Assembly (NCBI GenBank): GCA_050290185.1
Contig: JBNKHE010000010.1
Span: forward strand, 65,575-129,574
Reading direction: 5' to 3'
Length of the DNA: 64,000 nucleotides
Source: Pontiella sp.
GTDB lineage: Bacteria; Verrucomicrobiota; Kiritimatiellia; Kiritimatiellales; Pontiellaceae
Below the pieces are notes generated by a model. The model saw only the letters and a program-made list of their open reading frames with translations. It was not told where the DNA came from and did not search any database. The translations under genes and the position numbers were made by a program. Numbering within the stretch: position 1 is the first letter of the stretch; each line of letters opens with the position of its first letter. This document shows, one piece after another, positions 46,401 through 56,941 of the stretch.

Positions 46401-48180
46401 GATGGAGGAGATTCTGGCCAAAGGGCTCGACACCGACGGGGACGGCATCGCCGACGTCGATGAAATCAATGTGCACGGCACCGGGGTGACCGATGCGGAC
46501 AGCGATGACGATGGACTATCGGATGGCGAGGAACTCGCTGCAGGAACTGATCCGCTCAATGCCGACAGCGACGGTGACGGTGTACTCGATGGCGTGGAGG
46601 TCAAGGAAGTCCTCACCAATCCGCTTGAGGCCGAGTTTGACGGGACCAGCGCCACAGTCCTCACCGTTTCAGGCATCCAGACCAACGGCGCGGCCGGTGA
46701 ATGGGAGGCGGAAGGCTCCGAGATCGTCTCCACGGGCCGCCGCGGCTATGTCGAGTATGTGCTCGACTACCCGGAACAGGACCTCTACCGCCTTAGGATC
46801 AATGCATCGCATGTCTGGGAAAAGACCACCTGTTCTCCGGTGGAGCCGGTTTATACCAGCGCCTTCCTGATCTATGTCGACGGCATCTTCATCGGTGAAT
46901 ATCCCTTCGTCTGTGCGGACGGTGCCTACGAGGATGTGCTCGCCTTCCTGCCGGTGCTTCCTGCCGGTAGCCACACCGTGCGTGTCTTCTGGGAGAATGT
47001 GCATACCCGGCTTGGCGTGAAGATCAACGAACTGCAACTCCAGAGCCTCGGCGGTCCGGACTTCAACGGCAACGGGGTGAAGGACTGGGTCGAAGCCGCT
47101 ATCGCCGCCATGGCCGGAGTCGATACGACGGAGTCGTTCATCTCCCCCGCCTGCGTCGAGGGCGATGCCCGATACCCGGAACTTGCGTCCTTGGCGGTTC
47201 AGTCGACAAACGGCAATCAGCAATCGGCAATCACCCGCGGAGCGGGCCCCCGCTGGTACGCCAGTCTTCCGCTGGATACCAACAACATCACCTTGGCCTC
47301 GGCGTCATTCCAGAACGGCGCGCTGCAGGTGCCGGTCAGCGTGGAATGGGTTCCTTACAACCTGATGGAGCATGTAGAGCAGACGCTCTACATTCGCAAG
47401 GGCGACAGCGTCAAGTTTACCATGCTTCCTGAAAGCGCCCATGGCGGACAGTTCGAGATCGATGCGGGGGCGGGGGCGGTACGTTCGCCCAATACCCGGC
47501 CACTGGTGTTCGGGTTCCCCGAAACCGGATCGTTCACGGTCAGCGGGACCTATACGCATGGCAACAGCGAAGTTAGCGCCACCGTTAACGTGGTGGTAAT
47601 CGATGGCGCATTCCCCAATGATCGTCCCGCCTGCCTCGTTGGCAAGGAACGTGAATGGACCTTCACCGGCATGCCCTCCAACGTGGTGTATGAGACGGAT
47701 TCTTCCGTCGACATGGCCGTTAAGAGCACCTCCCTAACAACCAACAACCAGCAATCAACAACGGTTTCACTCGAAGCCCGCGATGCAAACGGGACTCATA
47801 TGATGGTTGCGAGAACTTCTCCCGGTGGTCCCATACTGGGCGCTGTGAAACTCTCCTCCTGCTGGATCCAGAACGCGGCGGATGGTTACTTCTGGACGGT
47901 TGACCGGTTCGAGGACAGCGAGCTGTGGGAAGTCGAATCCATTCAGCGCAACCTGCCCGACAGCGTGGACATCCGGATCAAGGTCTTCGTGGCCGGTGTC
48001 ACACTCGACGACTACACACTGGAGCGCTGGATTACGAACGGCGACTACGATGAAACCGGAATTTACCGCTTCCGCCTGTCCCATCCGAACAATGCGGCCG
48101 CCTCCGTTTGCCACACGTTCATGGTCTACCAGGACGGGGAGTTTCTCGGGGAAATCCTGGGCGGAGAGCAGGGACAGTGA
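43483..48180 (+). CDS. Large secreted protein with LamG-like domain, PA14 domain and TSP3-like Ca-binding repeats
   Basis: Signal peptide; FYGVIDEVAI (LamG), YGIRMRGTITAPVAGEYTF (PA14) and many DxDxDG repeats. Confidence 0.82.
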   Translation: MKRINLLGSAMMVIGSLLAVTAAQAATIAHWDFNATNAVDGAFMPGNGDRQDLDGDGAMDTDDFRISAIDLSGNGNHLTAWTSAWMKWSSDSAQGDFSMSQNNAWPAAGTDSDYNPFISGTDAEAITPAQWTIEALFKSENLGGNHTIVGRDGRYVGGNNSSAAALYLSTRGNDLAIEYTDVNGGQHNLQVAANLQADAWYCTVAVSDGATLTLFLNGEAIGTLDLTTTGTNTALAKGYGTWSVARGMWAGGHVDRFYGVIDEVAISDEALVPASFVIPLPPECIDTDHDGMIDLYENFFSLNPTNSADAQANYDNDTLINLMEALLQTDPYASDTDTDGLNDGEDDNPLSRAVMMWGHPGFTSGDTYNYTGPDWWLGSGKIGGVWTNGPCWVVPAYEEGKLYIDIDRELINKNLMLNLMHQNVGECAVYLDLGGTNGTYVATDLYGDLANGDGSQELGRYVIPLESYPGALRIIIDATAGSEPYTVWIATLYEDIDADGLDAEQEIQFGTLDTNPDTDTDNLTDYIEAIVEHTNPLDPDTDHDGFTDGQELYDLGTSPTVPMWLEGGMPGFLQVERWNSLGGELVSDLANAPRFGSDPNQVSAVTSSEYADPATLHLGDYYGIRMRGTITAPVAGEYTFHLTGDNTARFWLSDTESPFDRKLLLDLRDWTAYRDIGDADAPSATVELASNQVCYVEILFKEAAYADHVSLLWTLPGQSTPEVIGPQYLRSYVQPEDDADMDGMSDEFEILNGLDSLDGTGGGYKDVDGDGYGELLEARQGTDPNTVDEDSDGLPGGDEVSITWTDPYSADTDADGTNDLTLLQHVDGSDIVAENASHNSSTWTVMSNTVVLAGLNSYYSINTYVSYGIDNPVAGMHHVAVQAEWDGGLPPVGARPRMAFFVDGYRIAITELVPNDDGTGTWSCFTPWLSTGSHVIRCQAVALEYDTPGFAILGLELGAIDGLDADGNGVQDWMEEILAKGLDTDGDGIADVDEINVHGTGVTDADSDDDGLSDGEELAAGTDPLNADSDGDGVLDGVEVKEVLTNPLEAEFDGTSATVLTVSGIQTNGAAGEWEAEGSEIVSTGRRGYVEYVLDYPEQDLYRLRINASHVWEKTTCSPVEPVYTSAFLIYVDGIFIGEYPFVCADGAYEDVLAFLPVLPAGSHTVRVFWENVHTRLGVKINELQLQSLGGPDFNGNGVKDWVEAAIAAMAGVDTTESFISPACVEGDARYPELASLAVQSTNGNQQSAITRGAGPRWYASLPLDTNNITLASASFQNGALQVPVSVEWVPYNLMEHVEQTLYIRKGDSVKFTMLPESAHGGQFEIDAGAGAVRSPNTRPLVFGFPETGSFTVSGTYTHGNSEVSATVNVVVIDGAFPNDRPACLVGKEREWTFTGMPSNVVYETDSSVDMAVKSTSLTTNNQQSTTVSLEARDANGTHMMVARTSPGGPILGAVKLSSCWIQNAADGYFWTVDRFEDSELWEVESIQRNLPDSVDIRIKVFVAGVTLDDYTLERWITNGDYDETGIYRFRLSHPNNAAASVCHTFMVYQDGEFLGEILGGEQGQ

Positions 48181-48241
48181 CCCCGGGCTTCGATATGCGA
48201 TTTAGGGATAGCCACAATCAGGACAACTTGAGGTGATTCAG

Positions 48242-49573
48242 ATGAAGATTATAGTCAAACCAAGCATACTGGCCGCTCTGGCCCTACTTTTCTTCCTCCC
48301 CGGTATGGCCCGGGCGGCCGTCAACTGTCCCAACGGGACAACGCTGTCCGTTTCCGTTAACGGGCCCTACTACGTGGATCCCGGTGAAACGGTCACGTAT
48401 TCATGCGTTCTTTTGTCAGGAAATCCGGGCGGCACATACGAATGGAGTATCGGGGATTTTTCCGGACCGACCACTGGCAGCTCGGTAACTCTGACGGCAC
48501 CCATGGATGCGAGCACATCTCCCGGTGATCAGACGATTTCCTGCACCTATACCCCTCCAGAGGGTGGATGCGTCGATATGGATACCTTGGCGGCAACCGT
48601 TTTGCATAGAGGGAGTCTTGTGGCATGCTATCCCTTTACTGGAAATGCCAAAGACGAAAGCGGAAACGGATATGACGGTACGGTTGTTGGGGCGGTATTG
48701 ACTGCGGACCGCTTTGGCCAGACCGGCCATGCCTACTACTTCGATGGTATCAATGACCGGATACGTCTGCCTTCCGATGTCATGAATTTTGAGCGCACCG
48801 ATTCATTCAGCCAATCATTGTGGATCAAGAGTAATGATACCGATGGCGGCAACAATATCCTGACCAAAATGAACCCGACCTCTACTGATAGTCGTGGTAT
48901 CGGAATAGTTTTGGTCAACGGTAATCTCCGTGTGCATTTAATAAGTTCGAACGGAAACGTGGTGCGCCTGATAGGATCAACGGGTTTCACGCCACTCAAC
49001 GATGACGTGTGGCACCATGTGGTGGTTACCTATAACGGTTCATCAACGGCCGCAGGCGTAACGGTATATGTGGATGGGATGCAGCAACCCATGAACGTCG
49101 TTAATAACTCTCTTTCCGGTACGATTCTGAACAGCTCTGCAGCATCGATCGGATCTCGGAATACCGAACTCTATTATAAAGGGGCCATTGATGAGGTTCT
49201 AATTTTCAACCGCGTGCTGGATGCCTCGGATGTCATGGACCTGTACAGCAACGAGATAGATACGGACTGGGATGGGGATGGCCTCACATACCAGCAGGAA
49301 GTGGATCTTGGGACTGATCCGTTCGATGCAGACAGCGACGGCGATGGCATGTCCGATGGGTGGGAAGTTCTCAACGGATTCGCGCCGCTGAATGCTACAG
49401 ATGGCGCAGCCGATGCCGACGGCGATGAATTGACCAACGCCCAGGAGTTTGAGCGTGGTACCGATCCGAATATCAGTAATCTCAAAGGGGTTTTGGTGGT
49501 CATGCCGGATGCTGATCAATATCAGGCAAATGAACCGGACCTGAGTTGGACCGACCTTCCCGACCTTCCCTAA
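48242..49573 (+). CDS. Secreted LamG-like protein with DxDxDG repeats
   Basis: Signal peptide; YPFTGNAKDESGN, WHHVVVTY, KGAIDEV and DSDGDGMSDGWE. Confidence 0.82.
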   Translation: MKIIVKPSILAALALLFFLPGMARAAVNCPNGTTLSVSVNGPYYVDPGETVTYSCVLLSGNPGGTYEWSIGDFSGPTTGSSVTLTAPMDASTSPGDQTISCTYTPPEGGCVDMDTLAATVLHRGSLVACYPFTGNAKDESGNGYDGTVVGAVLTADRFGQTGHAYYFDGINDRIRLPSDVMNFERTDSFSQSLWIKSNDTDGGNNILTKMNPTSTDSRGIGIVLVNGNLRVHLISSNGNVVRLIGSTGFTPLNDDVWHHVVVTYNGSSTAAGVTVYVDGMQQPMNVVNNSLSGTILNSSAASIGSRNTELYYKGAIDEVLIFNRVLDASDVMDLYSNEIDTDWDGDGLTYQQEVDLGTDPFDADSDGDGMSDGWEVLNGFAPLNATDGAADADGDELTNAQEFERGTDPNISNLKGVLVVMPDADQYQANEPDLSWTDLPDLP

Positions 49574-49594
49574 CTTTCAACGGAAACGGATAAC

Positions 49595-50122
49595 ATGATG
49601 AAAATAGATTTAAACAGATGGAAGCTGGGACTTGCAGCAGCACTGATTGCGGCTGCAGGGGCGGGTTGGTTTGTGCATGGCCGGTTGCAGGCTGAGGGAG
49701 ATGTAGAACCTCAGGTTGCTGCAAGATCCGTAGCAGACCAAAAGCTAGTCGATACGACAATGGCTGCTCCGGAGCAATTTGATTGTGTAGTCGAGTCTTC
49801 GCGACCGGCCGACACGAAACCTGAACGTCCGGAGCAACAGGAAGTGTCCGTGGCCACCACGGAGGGCGATTCCGACAGAACAGAGACCGTGGTTGCCAGC
49901 TCTATCTCTCGGGTATCGCGCCCTAATCTGCTCTCCGCCGTTGAAAAGCCGGCACCGGTCAATTCGCACGAGGAGCCGACTTCGGTTGAAGATCTTTATT
50001 CCTGGGGGGCCTATTCCTCGATGCGCAAGGATGCCATCAATGATCCTGATTCCCAGGAAAACCGCGCGGGTATTGTGGCATTGATGAAGGCCAGACAGAA
50101 GAGGCTCGGACAAAATCAATAA
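49595..50122 (+). CDS. Membrane-anchored hypothetical protein
   Basis: N-terminal hydrophobic helix; lies within the operon. Confidence 0.65.
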   Translation: MMKIDLNRWKLGLAAALIAAAGAGWFVHGRLQAEGDVEPQVAARSVADQKLVDTTMAAPEQFDCVVESSRPADTKPERPEQQEVSVATTEGDSDRTETVVASSISRVSRPNLLSAVEKPAPVNSHEEPTSVEDLYSWGAYSSMRKDAINDPDSQENRAGIVALMKARQKRLGQNQ

Positions 50123-50181
50123 CAGAAGTCGGCATACAGCGATAGCAGAGTGGCAAGTTTGATAAAAGTTGGGTGGACAGC

Positions 50182-53100
50182 ATGAAAAAAGCAGGTTTTG
50201 GATTCAGGGTTTTATGTTTCGGGTTGGTTGGTTTGACTGCATTGTCAGCCTCCGCGGGGACTACGCTGGTGGGAGAACTCAAGGGTGAGCTCAAGGTCAA
50301 CAACCTCGGTGCGGCAAACTACACGATCCCGTTGAGCGTTTCACCCGGCACAGCCGGCATGGAGCCCAAGCTCGCGATCTCCTACAGCTCCCGTATCGGC
50401 AACGGTCCGCTTGGCGTCGGTTTTTCACTAAGCGGGCTTTCAACCATCTCCCGTGTTTCGGCATCCCCCGATCAGGACGGTTTTTATGATCCGGTTGATT
50501 TTGATGACTACGACCGTTTCGTACTCAACGGTCAGCGGTTGGACATTGTGGGTTTCACCGGATCCTCGACGACCGATACGCAGTACTATGGCAAGGCGGA
50601 GAGTGAGTATCGCACTGAAATCGACAGTTTTTCACGGGTCATTGCCAAGGGTCAGGCGGGTAACGGCCCGGCCTGGTTCAAGGTCTGGGCCAAGGATGGG
50701 CTGATCTATGAATATGGGAATACGGTTGACTACCCGTCTTCATACTCGGCGTTCAAACCGGGAACCTATCCCGAGGCAATGTCGTGGCAGGTCAATAAAA
50801 TCTCCGACACGGTCGGCAACTACATGACGTTTACCTACACGGATCCTGCAGTCACAGGCCGCCCCTTGATCAGCCGGATCGACTATACCGGCAATGTGGG
50901 CGCTGGACTGGACACGTACAATTCCGTGGAGTTTGTGTACGAGGACGGGGATCGGCCCGACACCCTGTACCGTTCTTTCAGGGAAGTTCAGATGAACGAG
51001 ACCAAGCGGCTCAAGACCATCATCATGAAGCATGATGATGCACACGTGCATGAATATCGCTTGGTATACACGACCAACGAGGAGGGGGAGAGCCTGCTCG
51101 AATCCATCCAGCAGTTTTTCGGGCCCGAGCCGGATGCGGACCACCTGCCTAAAACTGAGTTTTCTTACAGCGGCACTACGGCGATCAGCCAGGATTTTGA
51201 TCTTCCGGCAGATCTGACCAGTGTGCAGTCGATGTCAGTATATACTGGTTATCCTGTGTTGACGGGAAATTTCAACGGGGACGGGAAAACCGATGTGCTC
51301 TTTGTGGGGCCGAATACCGCCAATCACTGGGTTGGTCTTTCCAACGCAAATGGAACGTTTGATATTATGCAAAACGCGGTTGCCAATTTTTTGGATATTC
51401 CTCAGTATAGCAAAGATTATCAGATGTTGCAGACCGGGGATTTTAATGCAGACGGACTTACGGACATATGCCAGGTACGAGACTCGTCGACTCATCGTTG
51501 GGTAGCGATCTGCAACGGTGACGGAACCTTTACAGTCACGGTTGGGGATCCGGAATTGCCGGTGAACTTTGGGATGGAAGACACTGTGTTTGTGATGGAT
51601 GTCGATGCAGACGGACGCGACGACATCTTCGGACTCGAGTCAACCGGTTCCGGAGCTAGGTGGATTGCACACTCCAATGTGAATGGAAGTTTCACGGTCT
51701 CTTCGGGTAACGATGTATCCTCATTACTCCCATATGATGAATCTAATGATGCCGTGCTCACCGGTGATTTTGACGGAAACGGCTTTCCCGATATCATGGG
51801 ACTCGGCCCTAATGCCGGCCACAACTGGGTCGGACTATCGAATGGGGATGGAACCTTCACCAAAACCGAAATATCCGGGTTTACTTCGCTGTATAATCCG
51901 GACAAGCGTGTGGGAACGGGGGACTTTAACGGGGATGGATTGACCGACTTCTATCAGATACAATCTGATCCCGGATATCATACGATCGCGTTGTCCAACG
52001 GGGATGGAACATTTGATTTTTCAAAGAGCTCTGACCTTCAGGTCGATGGATATTATGAAAACCAGGTAATACAGACCGGGGATTTCAATGGCGATGGATT
52101 GACCGATATCTGCAGGTTGTTCTCCGGCGAAACCAGCTGGATTGCACTCTGCGATGGAGACGGTACGTTTACCGTTACGGATGGGGCAAACTTCCTGCCG
52201 TCCGCCAGTGCGCCAATAAGTAATACCGCAGGAGGAACAAGAACAATCATGCGGGATTTCAATGGCGATGGGAAAACCGATATCCTTGGTTTTACCCAAT
52301 CCTACGCTTGCTGGCTTGCCCTTTCGGATGGTGACGGGTCATTTACCTTCAGCAATAATCCCGATGTATTTGGAAACGTTGTTTTTAACGCAACGCATGA
52401 TGCCCTTCAAGTCGGTGATTTCAACGGTGACGGTATGCCGGATGTACTGCGACTGGGTCTATCAAGCTCGGGAAACTGGATTGGATTAAACAACCATGAG
52501 CAATCCTTGCTGGAACAGGTGGTGCAGAAGATCCCCAATGCCACCGACGCATGGCCGACGATTCAGATCGACTACCTGCCGGCATCGGACGAGACGGTCT
52601 ATGTAAAGGGAAGCGGAGCGCAGTACCCGATCCGCGACATCGTTCCGGGACTGCATGTGGTTTCAACGGTGGCGAAAACCAGCAACAGCGATCTGCCCGA
52701 GAACACACAGTTTTACTACACGGACTATACCTATCGTTCGGCGCGCGAACATATGGAGGGTCGCGGATTCCTCGGCTTCAAGCAGTTCGAGTCCTACGAC
52801 CGGCAGACGCAGCTTGCCTATGTCAAAACCCTTTCGCACGAGTATCCGTTCACGGGGGAGACGCTCAGTAGCGAAACCTTCTATATCCCCGATCCCAATG
52901 CCGATCCGATCGTTATGGAGCCCATTAAGAGAATAGATAATAGTTGGCTCTACGACGAGGTCAGCGGTGGAACGATTTTTGCCTACACATCGAAGTCGGT
53001 GGAGACCAAGTGGGAACTGGGTCAACCGGCCACGCCGATTTCCGTTGTAACCGCCTGGAACTGGTATGACGGCCAGAACAAGTCGACGCTACCCCCGTCC

Positions 53101-56100
53101 ACGCAGCCCACGACCCTCAATGGCCTGATCACCCACGGCAACGTTGTGAAGACGCTGATGGACTATGACGGCACCGCCGATGCTGCGGGGCTCACTGTGG
53201 CCACCGTAAACACCTATGACGATTGGGTGGATCCCTGGCACTGGCTGCTGGGCCGTCTCGACACCGTGAGCGTTACCCACGATGCCCCGGGACAGGATCC
53301 AGTCATCCGTACTTCCTCCTTCGACTATGATGCCACCACCGGTCTGCTCGCGGTGGAGACCATCGAGCCGGGCGATGCGGAGTTCGAGCTGAGGACCGAC
53401 TACTACCGCGATGCGTTCGGCAACGTGGAGCGCAAGCAGCTTTCGGGAGCCGGCATCGCCACGCACGATGCCCAGAATGTCGACTACGATCCCAAGGGAC
53501 GGGTTGTGGTCGCCAGCCGCAACGCGCTGGGCCATGAGACCACCTTCGACTACACCGATCCTGATCCGATCTACCAGGCACTTGCAAAGCCAAAATCGAG
53601 CACCGATCCAAACCAGCTGACCACGACATGGAACTATGATGATCTGGGTCGCAAGATTTACGAAAGACGCCCCGATGGCACGGAAACGACGGGCATCTAC
53701 AGCTGGGATATCGGGATCCCGCACGCTTTCCGTAAGCTGGAAACGCGAACCGATGGTCAGGCACCGGTTACGATTTGGTTTGATAAACTGGGCCGGGAGA
53801 TTCGCTCTGAAACACTTAGGGAATATACCTATCCCGGCACTGCATTACCGGCACGCCGTGCCAGCTACAAAGACACGGCATACAACGACATCGGCCTGAT
53901 CACGTCTATTTCACGGCCTTATTCCGGAGCAACGACCGTGGATATAGGCGGCGGCTCATGGGATGAATGGGAGCCTGCAGAAATGCCGGTCTACACCACC
54001 ATGGAATACGACGCGCTCAAGCGTGCGCAATACATCACCGCGCCCGACGGCACCGTGACCGAAACCGTCTACGACGGGCTCACCACCCGGACCATTGTGG
54101 ACAGCGACTATCGGACAACAGGCTCGCCGGCGGCAAAGAACCAGGTCACCACCACCGTTAAGAACACCAAGGGAGAGGTGCTCAGCGTGACCGACGCGGA
54201 CAACAAGACCGTTACGTACACATACGATCCGGTCGGCAACCTGATTACGACCCAGGATCCGGACGGTAATCTCATTGAAATGAGATACGATATACGCGGC
54301 AACAAGATATGGCAGGACGATCCGGACATGGGCGAGTGGTCCTACGCCTACAACACGCTCGACCAGCTGGTCTCGCAGACCGATGCCAAGGGCAATGTCA
54401 TAGAATTTGAATACGATCCGCTGGGCCGTCCCGAGACGCGGGTCAACAAGGCGATGATGAGTTCCGGCCTGAAACTCGAAGGCACCGCCCAATGGTACTA
54501 CGACGGCACCGGGGACGGGGCCAAGCTCGGCACCCTGCGGCGCGAGGAATACCGCGACGGGACGGGGGCTTTTATCAATCGCAAGACCTATGCCTACGAT
54601 GCATACAGCCGTCCCATGATCGAGCTGCGCAACTACGACTCCAAATGGTTCTACACCACGCTGGAGTATGACCAGTACAGCAGGATCAAAACCATTGGGC
54701 GCTTCTGGCGTCCCGTGGGCCTGGAAGGCCCGGCATCCCAGCTTGATTCTACCTGGCACTCCTTCACGACTTCCAACACCTATGATCAGAACGGCCTGAT
54801 GACGAAGGTGCTCGATGATTCCAACCATGTGTGGTGGCAGTGCAATACCGAGGATTACAACGCTGCGGGCCAACTGGAGCGATTCGAATACGGAAACGAC
54901 CTCGTGACCACCCGCGACTATGATCCGTTCACAGGGTGGATAGAAGGCATGCAAATAAAGGACAGCGGACTGCAGACTCTTTCAGGGTATGGGTACGCAT
55001 ACGACCGGATCGGCAATCTTACGCAACGATCGCAGACACGCTACTCGCCGATGGAAACGACGCTCACCGAGGATTGCACCTACGACAATCTCAACCGTCT
55101 GAAGACCTCTACGGTCGCCGGACAGACGCCGATAACAGCCCACTACAATGCCATCGGCAACATCCAGACGCGCAGCGATGTCGTCGGCACCCATTCCACC
55201 TATGAGTACCTGTCGGGCAAACCCCACGCCGTCACGGCCGCGGGCGACTGCACCTACATGTACGACGCCAACGGCAACGTCGTTCGCCGCGACCGCAACG
55301 GAAGCTATGAGTTCAGCGCTAACTGGAACTCCTTCAACAAACCAGTCAGCCTGTTCTCCGGCCTGGAAGGCAGCGAGTTCGAGTACGATGTCAACGGACA
55401 GCGCACCAAGCAGCTTGTGTTCGAGGATGATGGCGCCGGTGGAATCCGGGTGCGCAAAAAGATCTATGTGGCCGATTCCTTCGAAATCGAGGAGGTGCTG
55501 AGCAATCCCACCGAGACCGATCGCTCCCAGTGGGTGTGGACACCGGTTCACAGCCGCATCTATGTCGACAGCCCCGCCGGACGGATCGGCATCTATCAGG
55601 AACACGCCTCCAGCGACGGCTCCGGCCCCGTCACCAGAAGCTACCTGCATCACGACCATATCGGTTCGGTCGTGGCCGTGAGCGATGATGCCGCCACTCC
55701 CGGAATCATATACTACAGCTTCGATGCATGGGGAAACAGAAGGGACGCCTACGACTGGTCACCCATTGCCCAATCGGAAATCGGAAATCATCAATCGGCA
55801 ATGACCGACCGCGGCTACACCGGCCACGAGCAGCTCGACCACCTGCAGTTGGTGCATATGAACGGCCGCATCTACGATCCGGTCATCGGCCGCATGATCA
55901 CGCCCGATCCGACCATTCCTGCTCCTCACAACCTGCAGGCCTTCAACCGGTATTCCTACGTGTACAACAACCCGCTCTCCTTCATTGATCCAGGCGGGCA
56001 TACCCCAGAGCAGGTCGCTGCCGCCTCTTCAGGGGTTACGGCTGAGGCTCTCAACGCGGCCAATGTCGTCATGGCCGAAAATACGTCTGCAGAGGCCGCC

Positions 56101-56940
56101 GGTAATTCGGGGCTTGCGAATTTCGATGGCCTTGCTAGCACATCGGGCGGCGGCGGTGGCGGAGATGATTCTCTTCAGCCTATCAAGGACGAATACGGCA
56201 ATATAACAGGTTGGAGCTCAGGCAGCAAGGAAGAGGGTGATTATCAGGAGTTTGGACTGGACGAATTCTCCGAGAGCGACCTAGCCAGTATGGAGGAGAA
56301 TTGGGAGGATACACAGAAAGAGGACGCGAAAGATGCTGAACATGAAGTCTTTGGCGAAGGTGACGTTAATGTTATCGAAGACATGGCTTCCGAATTTAAG
56401 GATTCACTTTCGAAACTCAATAATAAAGTAAACGCCAAAAGCACTAATGGGTCAAAAACAGAAGCGGCAAAGAATGCTCAAGGATATAATACACCCGATG
56501 AAGCAGCAAAAGCCGCTTTGGACTCATGCAATCAAACGTCAATTGATAAAAATAAGGAATATAGCGGTTACATATATAAAAAAGATGGGAAATACTATTA
56601 CACTACAGCGAAACCGGGAAAAATGATGACTGCGGATCTTGCAGATTCAAATAAAGACCTTCCGGACGGCGTCGAAATTGTTGGTGACTATCATACTCAT
56701 GGAAATTATAAAAAGTATCACCCTCTACCCAATGTAGATCTATTGCTGCCAACTAATGATCCAAGAGAAGATGTCACATCTGCAGATTCGTTTTCACAAG
56801 ATGATTTTGATAATGCATATGGTTCAGCGGAAGGAAGATCAGAATATCACATTTACCTCGGAACGCCAGGGAATGGCTATCAAGCATATGATGTGTTATC
56901 TCCGGCTGGAACGTCAGTTTATTACATAAAGGAGCCTTAA
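50182..56940 (+). CDS. Rhs/YD toxin: SpvB-like domain, FG-GAP repeats, Rhs core and DUF4329-like C-terminal domain
   Basis: GAANYTIPL..PG..P.L.I.YSS, GDFNGDG repeats, GRGFLGF, RGYTGHE, NRYSYVYNNPLSFIDPGG; C-terminal EYSGYIY, YHTHG, FS..D and YLGTP. Confidence 0.9.
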   Translation: MKKAGFGFRVLCFGLVGLTALSASAGTTLVGELKGELKVNNLGAANYTIPLSVSPGTAGMEPKLAISYSSRIGNGPLGVGFSLSGLSTISRVSASPDQDGFYDPVDFDDYDRFVLNGQRLDIVGFTGSSTTDTQYYGKAESEYRTEIDSFSRVIAKGQAGNGPAWFKVWAKDGLIYEYGNTVDYPSSYSAFKPGTYPEAMSWQVNKISDTVGNYMTFTYTDPAVTGRPLISRIDYTGNVGAGLDTYNSVEFVYEDGDRPDTLYRSFREVQMNETKRLKTIIMKHDDAHVHEYRLVYTTNEEGESLLESIQQFFGPEPDADHLPKTEFSYSGTTAISQDFDLPADLTSVQSMSVYTGYPVLTGNFNGDGKTDVLFVGPNTANHWVGLSNANGTFDIMQNAVANFLDIPQYSKDYQMLQTGDFNADGLTDICQVRDSSTHRWVAICNGDGTFTVTVGDPELPVNFGMEDTVFVMDVDADGRDDIFGLESTGSGARWIAHSNVNGSFTVSSGNDVSSLLPYDESNDAVLTGDFDGNGFPDIMGLGPNAGHNWVGLSNGDGTFTKTEISGFTSLYNPDKRVGTGDFNGDGLTDFYQIQSDPGYHTIALSNGDGTFDFSKSSDLQVDGYYENQVIQTGDFNGDGLTDICRLFSGETSWIALCDGDGTFTVTDGANFLPSASAPISNTAGGTRTIMRDFNGDGKTDILGFTQSYACWLALSDGDGSFTFSNNPDVFGNVVFNATHDALQVGDFNGDGMPDVLRLGLSSSGNWIGLNNHEQSLLEQVVQKIPNATDAWPTIQIDYLPASDETVYVKGSGAQYPIRDIVPGLHVVSTVAKTSNSDLPENTQFYYTDYTYRSAREHMEGRGFLGFKQFESYDRQTQLAYVKTLSHEYPFTGETLSSETFYIPDPNADPIVMEPIKRIDNSWLYDEVSGGTIFAYTSKSVETKWELGQPATPISVVTAWNWYDGQNKSTLPPSTQPTTLNGLITHGNVVKTLMDYDGTADAAGLTVATVNTYDDWVDPWHWLLGRLDTVSVTHDAPGQDPVIRTSSFDYDATTGLLAVETIEPGDAEFELRTDYYRDAFGNVERKQLSGAGIATHDAQNVDYDPKGRVVVASRNALGHETTFDYTDPDPIYQALAKPKSSTDPNQLTTTWNYDDLGRKIYERRPDGTETTGIYSWDIGIPHAFRKLETRTDGQAPVTIWFDKLGREIRSETLREYTYPGTALPARRASYKDTAYNDIGLITSISRPYSGATTVDIGGGSWDEWEPAEMPVYTTMEYDALKRAQYITAPDGTVTETVYDGLTTRTIVDSDYRTTGSPAAKNQVTTTVKNTKGEVLSVTDADNKTVTYTYDPVGNLITTQDPDGNLIEMRYDIRGNKIWQDDPDMGEWSYAYNTLDQLVSQTDAKGNVIEFEYDPLGRPETRVNKAMMSSGLKLEGTAQWYYDGTGDGAKLGTLRREEYRDGTGAFINRKTYAYDAYSRPMIELRNYDSKWFYTTLEYDQYSRIKTIGRFWRPVGLEGPASQLDSTWHSFTTSNTYDQNGLMTKVLDDSNHVWWQCNTEDYNAAGQLERFEYGNDLVTTRDYDPFTGWIEGMQIKDSGLQTLSGYGYAYDRIGNLTQRSQTRYSPMETTLTEDCTYDNLNRLKTSTVAGQTPITAHYNAIGNIQTRSDVVGTHSTYEYLSGKPHAVTAAGDCTYMYDANGNVVRRDRNGSYEFSANWNSFNKPVSLFSGLEGSEFEYDVNGQRTKQLVFEDDGAGGIRVRKKIYVADSFEIEEVLSNPTETDRSQWVWTPVHSRIYVDSPAGRIGIYQEHASSDGSGPVTRSYLHHDHIGSVVAVSDDAATPGIIYYSFDAWGNRRDAYDWSPIAQSEIGNHQSAMTDRGYTGHEQLDHLQLVHMNGRIYDPVIGRMITPDPTIPAPHNLQAFNRYSYVYNNPLSFIDPGGHTPEQVAAASSGVTAEALNAANVVMAENTSAEAAGNSGLANFDGLASTSGGGGGGDDSLQPIKDEYGNITGWSSGSKEEGDYQEFGLDEFSESDLASMEENWEDTQKEDAKDAEHEVFGEGDVNVIEDMASEFKDSLSKLNNKVNAKSTNGSKTEAAKNAQGYNTPDEAAKAALDSCNQTSIDKNKEYSGYIYKKDGKYYYTTAKPGKMMTADLADSNKDLPDGVEIVGDYHTHGNYKKYHPLPNVDLLLPTNDPREDVTSADSFSQDDFDNAYGSAEGRSEYHIYLGTPGNGYQAYDVLSPAGTSVYYIKEP

Positions 56941-56941
56941 A

